DNA of 64,000 nucleotides. Source: Cycas panzhihuaensis. Lineage: Eukaryota; Plantae; Cycadophyta. The notes beneath the pieces were generated by a model. That model had not been told where the DNA came from, did no database searches, and worked only from the letters and a program-made list of their open reading frames with translations. The stretch covers positions 190,099,741 to 190,163,740 of the forward strand of contig CM041465.1 of NCBI GenBank assembly GCA_023213395.1, written 5' to 3'. The stretch's first letter is position 1, and each line of letters opens with the position of its first letter. Shown piece after piece: positions 55,401 to 64,000 of this stretch. The position numbers and the translations under genes were made by a program.

Positions 55401-58400
55401 TGTTAAGAACCCAACCCTTATCTCTCTTCTTCTCAAATCTTATATTTATATTCTTGTAATTATCGCACATCCATAAGTCCAAGAGATGGGAAATCTTAAT
55501 AGCCATATATATATATATAGGAGTAAGGATAATCAGGTTGTGATCTTATTTATTGGAGGTTTTTCCCTCAAATAGGGCCATTGATACATGTGATTATGAA
55601 TGCTTTATACTCTTATATATAATTTTGGCTCTTGTGTTACCATATACAATTGGATTTCTCTTTTTTTATTTAGGTTCATTATAATTAGTATTAGAGCAAT
55701 GATCTAGGAGGTGGCATTAAGGGTTTTTGGAGGGCGAATTTGAGATTAAATTACTGACCCTATAAATTTTATGTGGTCACATTATATATTTTGGGGTGAA
55801 TGTGAAAAAAATTACAACAAAAATAATTTCAACCTGTTTCTTTTCTGTCATTGTATTTTTAGGATAAATTTGCAACCTGGACATCAAAGAGCTATAACTT
55901 TAGCTACAGGTATCCAAATGACCTTAATTTTTTTTTTTTCTATGTGATTTTAAATTTATTTTCTAATGGAAGTGGTTTTGAGTTGATAGGATTTTATAGT
56001 AAAAAGTTATTAGCATTTTACTACTAGGTACTATTGTAGTCCTTAAAAACCCTAATAGTGATTTTCTTAAAAGAGTCATAAATTTTGATATAGATATCAG
56101 AATTCAATTTCGTTTGAACTATTAGATTTGTATTTTAGAGGCCATTAGTTTGATATATATTTTATATATTTTTCAACTATATTTTTTAAATAGAAATAGT
56201 TTTTTCATTTTCTCTTAATAATTTATATTAGTTTACTTTTTGTTCATAATCTTTTTAGTTGGTATAGGCTAGAGACCCTGTACAAGGAATGTATAAATAT
56301 CATGAGGAATTATCATTTTGGGCTAAGCACATCATGGCTTTTTCACCCTTATGCAAAGGACTAGAGATCACACTCCTCAACCAAGCCTTAAACTGAACTC
56401 GGCTATGGAATTAAGCCTCTACGTACCTATGAGTATATAGGAGGACCCCCCTAGGTAGGAATTCCTAGTATAGGTAACCATAGGAGACCTATCAGATATC
56501 AGTAATTTGCAGTGCACTTGTAAGAAGTCAGTCCCAAAAAGTTACTCTCCATGTACCCTAAAGATAGGTTAGTACGACTGTAGAGTAGAGTGTTAGCCTC
56601 TATAAGTTGATACTATTTATGACTGGGATCAATATAACAGAAGGCCTGTGAACTAGATAATATTAGACTTAGAAAACCCTATATTATTAGTCTTCATTAA
56701 TTTGACTCTATTGACTAAATCCTAGTTGGGTTATTTTTGGTAGGGACATTTTTTCTAGATACCTTTTATAAAGTAAACATTCAATTTTGATCAGGTCTCA
56801 TAACTATGGGCCCAAAAAATACCTAGTGTGGGATGAATATGTCAATGTAATTAAGGAGACCTTTCAAGAATAATTATACTTTAGGACGGGTAAGTTTGAA
56901 GATGAAATTAGAATAATTGGTGAAACCCTTCAAAAGATTATAAGTCAATTAGGATTAGAAAAATATAACGAGCGATCTTGGAAGGGGAAGAATAAGATAG
57001 GGAGTGAAGGTAATCACCATGACCAAGGAGGGCTATGACCCAATTATCTACCTAAAGTGGAAATTAGGACATTTAATGGAAAAGATGTGAGGACTTGGGT
57101 CAGCCAAATGGAACAATTTTTTAGTCTTTACTAAGTACCATCCGATAAAAAAATCATCTTAGCTTCTTTACATATGGAATTAGAACCCTTCCAGTGGTAC
57201 TAATAGATAAAGAAGAATTGTGAAGGAATATCGTATAATTGGGAAAATTTTGTGGAGGATCTTTTAGTACAATTTGATAATATTTAGGACGATGACTGCT
57301 TCAGTCAGTTGGCTAAACTAAAACAAGAAGGAAGTGTATCAGAATACACTACAGAACACCAAAAATTGGTCACCCTAATTGATGATCTTAGTAAAGAAAA
57401 TTTACTTGAACTCTACATTGGGGGTTTGAAAGAAGATATATGATATGAATTACACTTGGTGAGACTGAGTATCCTAATAGAAGTAATCATAGTAACCTAA
57501 CAAATCAAAGCTAAAAATAGGGCTACCCAAAAATATAATAGGATGGGGGAAGAAAAAAGAATCTCATATATTCCTACAACACGAAGGATGACAGCTAAAG
57601 AAATGGATGAGAAAAGGCTAAAGGGTATTTATTTTCAATGTAATGAGAAGTGGAATAAAGATCTTAAATGTTTAGAAATATAACTATTCATCATTAAAGA
57701 TACATAGGAAGAAGATCTAGAAGAAGCCTTTGTAGAAGATGCCACTACTCCTGAACCACTAGACATTGAAGAAGAGAACACAGTGATAATATGTGTCCAT
57801 GTTTTAGCAAGGATTACAGCTCCACAAACCTTGAAGATTATAGGATACATTAAGAAAAAAAGGGTAGTCATCTTAATTGATTTAAGAATCACACATAATT
57901 TTATCAATAGGAAACTTGCTGAAGAATTAAATTGTTTCCCTTATTCGATTACGAATTTTCAAGTTATGGTTGCTAATGGTGGTACATTAGCCTGTGGAGG
58001 GAAATGTCATAATATTAAAATGACTATAAGAGATTACCAATTATCTTCCTCAATATATGTCATTCTAGTGGGAGGAGTCAATGTGGTTTTGGGAGTCCAA
58101 TGGCTTAAAATATTAGGTACTTTTCAACTTAACTTGGAGGAATTATTTATTTGTTTTAACTCAATAGGGCAACAATACCAACTTAATGGAATTATCCCAC
58201 CTCCATCAGAGGTCATTAGTTTACATAGGATGGAGAAGTTTCTAAGAAAGGAGGAATAGGACTTATAGCTAGATGTTATGCATTAGGAAGGTATGACTTA
58301 GTAGTAAAGGAAGATCTTCATAAGGACAATAACCTAACACCTAAATTACAAGAACTATTAGTTAAACATAGCAAGGTTTTCAAAGATATTCCTAAGGGGA

Positions 58401-61400
58401 TTCCTCGAGAAAGGGAACAAGATCATGCCATTGAACTCATTTCCTATAGCAATCTACCTAGCATCCGACCTTATAGATATCCTTATCAGTAGAAGATTGA
58501 AATTGAAAAATTAATGTATGAACTTCTTAAAGCTGGGGCCATTAGGGAATGTAAAAGCACATTTTTTCCACTAGTAATATTGGTAAAAAATAAGGATGGA
58601 TCCTTTTGTATATGTGAGGATTATCGGGAATTAAATAAAATTACTATTAAAGATAAATTCCTCATACTGGTGATTGATGAATTGTTAGATAAATTAAATG
58701 GAGTAATCCTTTTCACCACCATAGATTTAGAATCTAAATATCACCAAATTAGAATCAAGGCTACTGATGCTCACAAAATAACTTTTTGCACCCATGAAGG
58801 CCACTATAAATTCCTAGTCATGCCTTTTAGCTTAACTAATGTATCAGCCACTTTCCAAGGGCTCATAAATAAAATATTTCAATCTTATCTGAGGAAGTTT
58901 GTCTTGGGGTTCTTTGAAAACATCTTAGTATATAGCCAGATAAAGGAAGAACATCTTCAACATGTTGATAAGGCTTTGTAGTTATTAGTAGATAATAAAC
59001 TCTTTGCAAATAGATCAAAATGTAACTTTGGAAGGCATGAAGTAGAGTACTTAGGGTACATCATCTCATAAGAGGGGGTCACGGTTGATCCAAGAAAGAT
59101 TAAAACAATAGTAAATTAGCCATAGCCCAAAAATATCAAAGGGCTATGTGGATTCCTAGATTTAACAGGGTACTACTAAAAATTTATTAAAGGGTATACT
59201 AATATTATAGCACCCTTGACACAATTATTAAAGAAGGATTCATTCATATGGACAGATGTCGCTACTGAAGCCTTTGAGAGCCTAAAGGTATCCATGACTA
59301 CCACACAAATTTTAGCAACTCCTAACTTCACTAAAACATTTATCATTAAATGTGATGCCTCAAGATAAGGTATTAGAGTAATCCTCATGCAAGAAGAGAG
59401 GCTCATAACCTTTGAAAGTCAAAATTTGAAGTCTAGGGACTTACTCAAGTCTACATATGAAAAAGAGATGATGGTAATCCTATAAGCAATTCAAAAATGA
59501 CACCAATATTTACTTAGAAGCCATTTCAAAACAAAGATAGACCATGAGAGTTTGAAGTATTTCCTAGACCAAAGGGTAGCTTTTAAGGAATAGCAAAAAT
59601 GGGACTCTAAAATGCAAGGTTTTGATTTTGAAATCATATATAAAGAATGGAAGAAAAATATAGTAGCTGACACTCTATCATGAAAGGAAGGAGATTTTAT
59701 ACTATATGCATTAACAATAGTTACCCCTTCATGGATCAAGGAGGCAAGGGAAGAGTGGGAAAAGGATACTAAGATAAAGCAATTAATATAGGATCTACAA
59801 GTTGATCAAGATAGTCATAAAATCTTTTTATGGGTAGCAAATATCATGTGGTACAAAAATAGAATATATCTTAGTCCCGATTCCAAGATTAAGCAAAAGA
59901 TATTACATGATGTGCATGCCTCTCCAATAGCAGGCCATTCTAAATTCCTAAAGACTTACCGAGAGATTAAGCAATCCTTCTATTAGAATGGGCTCAAGCA
60001 AGATACTAAAAGATGGGTTACATCTTACAAAGTATGCCAACGATAAAAGGGAGAAATGAGCAAGATGCCTAGTCTATTGCATCCATAACCTATACCAAAT
60101 CAAAGATGGGAAGAAATATCCATGGACTTCATCATAAGATTATTAAAATTAGATGGGAGGGATGCCATCCTTGTAGTCATTGATAGATTAACATAGTATA
60201 CTTATTTTTGTGGAATGCAATCCACTTATAAGGTAAAACAAACTGTCGAGATTTTCTTAAAAGAGATACATCAACTCTATGGAATGCCTAAGAAGTGATA
60301 GAGACTGAAAGTACAAGCATTTTCTAGACTAAACTCTTCCAAGCTTTAGGTACCAAGCTAATAATGAGCACAACAAACGACCCATAAACATATGGATAAA
60401 TAAAAATGGTTAACAAATATTTAGAAGGATATCTTCGATGCTACGTGTCAGATAAACAAAATCAATGGCATCATTGGCTTTCCATGGTAGAATGGTGGTA
60501 TAATACTACTTACCATATGGCACCAAAAATAACTCATTTCCAAGAATTATATGGGTATGAACCACCATCTATTAAGAACTACACCATAGAGAATTCTAGA
60601 GTTCATGCAGTGGAGGAGTATCTACAACAAACTATAGAGACACTCAAGATATTAAGGAAAAGCTTAGCTTGGCTAAGAACTAAATGAAATAATAAGCAGA
60701 TAAATCAAGAAGTGAATGAGAGTTTTAGGTAAGAGATTGGGTTTACTTATGCTTACAACCATAAAAGTAAACTTCACTTAAAAGAGAGGGTAAACACAAG
60801 TTAGAGCCAATGTTTTATGGGTCTTATAAAATACTTAAACGAGTAGGGAAGTGGCTTATGCTTTGGAGTTACCCATAACAACTAAAATCTATAATGTTTT
60901 CCATATATCTTATCTTAAAAGGGTAATTGGATAGTAAGTGCAGGCATAAACATAATTGCTAATATTAGATAATGAAGGGAGGCTTCAACTGATACCTGAA
61001 CAAATTTTGGAGGAAAGGGTTAGGCATTTGCATTCTCGACATATCAAAGAGTATCTCATCAAATGGAAGCAATTTCCACATGACAATTCAACTTGGGAAA
61101 GTGAGTAATTTATTGAAAAGCGTTTAGGACTAGTCAAGCTTTAAGGGAAAATCTTTTTAAAAGTTGGGGAACTTGTTAAGAAACCAACCATTATCTCTCT
61201 TTTTCTCAAATCTTATATTTCTATTCTTGTAATTATCCCAATTCATAAGTCCATGAGATGGGCAATCTTAATATCCCTATATATATGTATGTAATATAAG
61301 AGTGAGGATCATTAGGAAGTATTGTGATGTTATGTATTGGAGGTTGCCCCCTTGAAGAGGCCCATCAATACATGTGATTATGGATGCTTTATATTCTTAT

Positions 61401-61467
61401 ATGTAATTTTGGCTCTTGTGTTACTATATGCAATTGGATTTCTCTCTTTTGATTCATGTGCATTACA
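55401..61467 (+). mobile_element. Full-length Ty3/gypsy chromovirus (Reina-like), pseudogenised
   Basis: LTRs 55401-55683 and 61174-61467; perfect TSD TTTTA; decayed PBS tagtattagagc at 55686-55697; PPT aagttggggaact. Confidence 0.95.
56806..61145 (+). pseudogene. gag-pol: Chromovirus gag-PR-RT-RH-INT-chromodomain
   Basis: gag KVEIRTFNGKDVRTWVSQMEQFF; PR ILIDLRITHNFI..VVLGVQWL; RT DYRELNKITIKDKF..FLVMPFSLTN..FFENILVYS; RH IKCDAS..STYEKEM; INT ISMDFI..EGYLRCYVSD; chromodomain PEQILEER..EYLIKWKQFPHDNSTWE. Confidence 0.95.
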
Positions 61468-61599
61468 TTTTACCTATTCGAAAAAAAAAAAGAAAAACAT
61501 AAAGAAGAAAATATTCATAACACTTTACTAGTGACACTAGTAAAAAGGAGGTTAAAAAAAAATGAAAAGGAGGCTAATAATAATAAAGATTAAAATAAT

Positions 61600-62060
61600 T
61601 CGAAGAGATATGATAACCCTCAACTACTAGTCTTTTGACATAATATTAAAGGATTCTTCTACTCATAAGATGAAGATATTAAAGTAGATAACTAACTAGC
61701 CAATATATAAAATGGCATTGACTTACTTTACATTAATGATAGTTGAGAGAAAATTAACTTCACCATAGATGATCTAACATGATCTATGTATTAGTGGGTA
61801 ACATTATAAAATAGGGAAGAAAATACATCCTAATTTAAGTACTTCATTAAGGATTTTAGGAGCCACACAAAGGACTAATAGAATGACCTATATCTCATCC
61901 ATCTAACATGCCACCTCTAAAAGGAATGATCAATTAAACAACTTATGAAAGATTTTGAGAAATACTTTTTAAAGTTTGGCATCATATCTACTAAGGTCCT
62001 CATACTTTATATCAATAATTTATGACCTGAAATTTATATAAAAGGTATTACTTAACTAAT
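61600..62060 (+). pseudogene. gag-region fragment of the 2810-13624 family
   Basis: Colinear similarity to about 4250-4720. Confidence 0.65.
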
Positions 62061-62065
62061 GTAAT

Positions 62066-62334
62066 TATGGAATATAGTTTATATGAACTTATTATAATAT
62101 TATTTAAGCTAACAAATGCAATCAATATTTGTATATTTGAGGCACTTACAAATCTATAGATAGAGATTTGAAGTATGTTTGTAAGTTATACATTATGTGT
62201 AAATGTAATCCATGTTCAATTGTGGGTTTTAATAGTTAGGTTTCCCACATATTTTTCTGTTGCGTACTTATTCCTTTGCTTATTATATACATAAATAATC
62301 TACTTGTTCAGTATTTCTAATATGGTATTAGGGC
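62066..62334 (+). mobile_element. Probable 5' LTR + PBS of a decayed element (start approximate)
   Basis: Ends tttctaata followed by tggtattagggc (decayed tRNA-iMet PBS) at 62323. Confidence 0.45.
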
Positions 62335-63277
62335 TTGTAGTAGTACACAATTATAGAGTGAGTTGTAGGATATAATAATGATATGTAGACCTCCTATTTA
62401 TTTTAGTATTTACTTGTTGGCACTCGTTGATGCTTTAAGTCATATAAAGAGTAAGTATGGTCTTGTTGCTAGTTGGATTCAATGATCGAGAAGAGAGTTT
62501 GAGTTGTATTAACCTTGAAGATATTACAGAGCTTGCAGACACTATATGTCAAGCCTTGTAACCCATTTCAAATGTATTCCTCTCACTTTTTGTTATCCCT
62601 TTTGCTATGTTGTCTTCTAATAGTTGTAATTATTATAAATTGCATCCCCCAATATTACATTTATATTCTACATTTAGTTTAATATCTATTCTTAGCCTAA
62701 ACAAATATATAAGCCTTTGGTTTGCTTTAGATCAAGTGAATATCTTAAAAGTAGCCATATTTTCCTTTCTATTTACCGATTACTATCAAATCTAAAGGTC
62801 TTTAATTACCCACTATTATATTTTATCACCCGCTATTATCTATGTTATCTATGTCTTCTTATGGGATGTATATTACATTGTATCTATGGTTTCTTTATTG
62901 TAAGCCTTGAATATCTTAGTATTCACAACTGTGTTGCAATAGTAGATATATTTCTTAGTATATTTATGTCTTTTATAGAGTTGTTATAACCTTGTGTGTC
63001 TTTTAATAGATGTGTATAGCATTATATACACTTGTGCAGCTTAAAATTATCCTTGCAAGTGATAATATAATCTTGGAGTAGCTCAAACACTGTGTTGATT
63101 TAATCAAATGCCATTGAAAATCTATGTCACACAAGCCTAAATATACATATAAATACATAAATATATATTGCATCATTACTTTTATGTCATAGCTTCTCCT
63201 TTATATTATTATGTAGTTGTATACTTAGACATCAATAGTTCACTGTTCATTTTTTGAAAAGTTTGCCTTTGATATTT

Positions 63278-64000
63278 TGGTAGGAAAATAAACGATGGAG
63301 AACAGGGCAGAACATTAAAAAACTCAATACATTATTGCATAAATAGAAAATCCTTTGTATTCAATCCACTGTTTGAGAGAGAGCATTATAAATGTCCAAA
63401 AGTAGGTGGTGTCTAAAGACATTAGAGTTATACACCCATCTAAATATATAGTTTTAGGGAGGAGAGAAACTCCTCAACCCCTAAAATTTAAATAATAATA
63501 AAATATAACTTAACTCAAATTAAATTAAATCAACTTAACCTTATCTTATACTTACCTTCACATATGAGTACCCACATGTGTAACTTAGTGAGAGTGAGGT
63601 TTGTACTCTTAGTTGAAATGTGGGAGTGGGGTGATGATCATTAACCACAACATTCTCCTCCTTAATGGTCATCACGAACAACTTTGTCTTCTCTTTAAAC
63701 TTATGAAATTTGTACTTAAAAAAAACTTTAAAAATCTGTCTCTTAGCTTGATCTTTATTAACTTGTCTCATCCTTTTAGCAATGTATATGTCTTCTTCAT
63801 TGAGTGGTGCAAAAACTCTATAAGTAAATATAACATGATTCAAATATGGAGGTGTGGATGCAACTTAGACTTTAACTTCTGGAACTTTAACTTTATCTTC
63901 TAAAATCTTTGTGTTGTGAGTGACTATCATATCATCATATCTCTCCCCCTCAAATGGAGGATCAAGTTCTTATACAATAAGATAATCATGCATTTGACTT
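63278..64000 (-). mobile_element. 3' LTR, PPT and ORF tail of a second member of the 30234-35239 family (runs off the window)
   Basis: LTR 63278-63652 is homologous to 30234-30647; rc PPT ttctcctccttaa; ORF LDPPFEGE..DDMIV..VAS..IFKVFFKYKFHKFKEK. Confidence 0.88.

Noticed and set aside
57635-59739. Minus-strand ORFs 57635-57907, 59176-59406 and 59491-59739
   Set aside because: Antisense shadows of the gypsy pol frame.
62607-62989. Hydrophobic ORFs resembling membrane or env proteins
   Set aside because: T-rich non-coding LTR-element interior; no motif or frame-conservation support.

Overview
AT-rich plant-type heterochromatin made almost entirely of nested, pseudogenised retrotransposons. 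I found no intact host gene, RNA gene or CRISPR array. Elements with reconstructable ends: a gag-protease-chromodomain-only Ty3/gypsy (2810-13624, TSD AGGAG) holding a near-complete Ty1/copia (5484-12963, - strand); a CRM-clade Ty3/gypsy (15282-24786) holding a non-coding LTR element (19905-22240, TSD AATAA); a 5.0-kb non-autonomous copia derivative (30234-35239, TSD TAACA); a rearranged copia (36872-41790); a non-coding LTR element (48720-51165) inserted in an L1 LINE; and a full-length Reina-like chromovirus (55401-61467, TSD TTTTA). An old ~3-kb segmental duplication links 5415-5483+12964-15950 with 43030-46068. C>T/G>A decay is pervasive. The most unusual signal is a frameshift-free ~250-codon mini-ORF in the 30234-35239 element that joins a Gag N-terminus, an acidic linker and an RNase H-like tail. 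Its reading frame is preserved across several indels in a diverged family member at 63278-64000. All alignments and counts were done by eye; no database search was possible.
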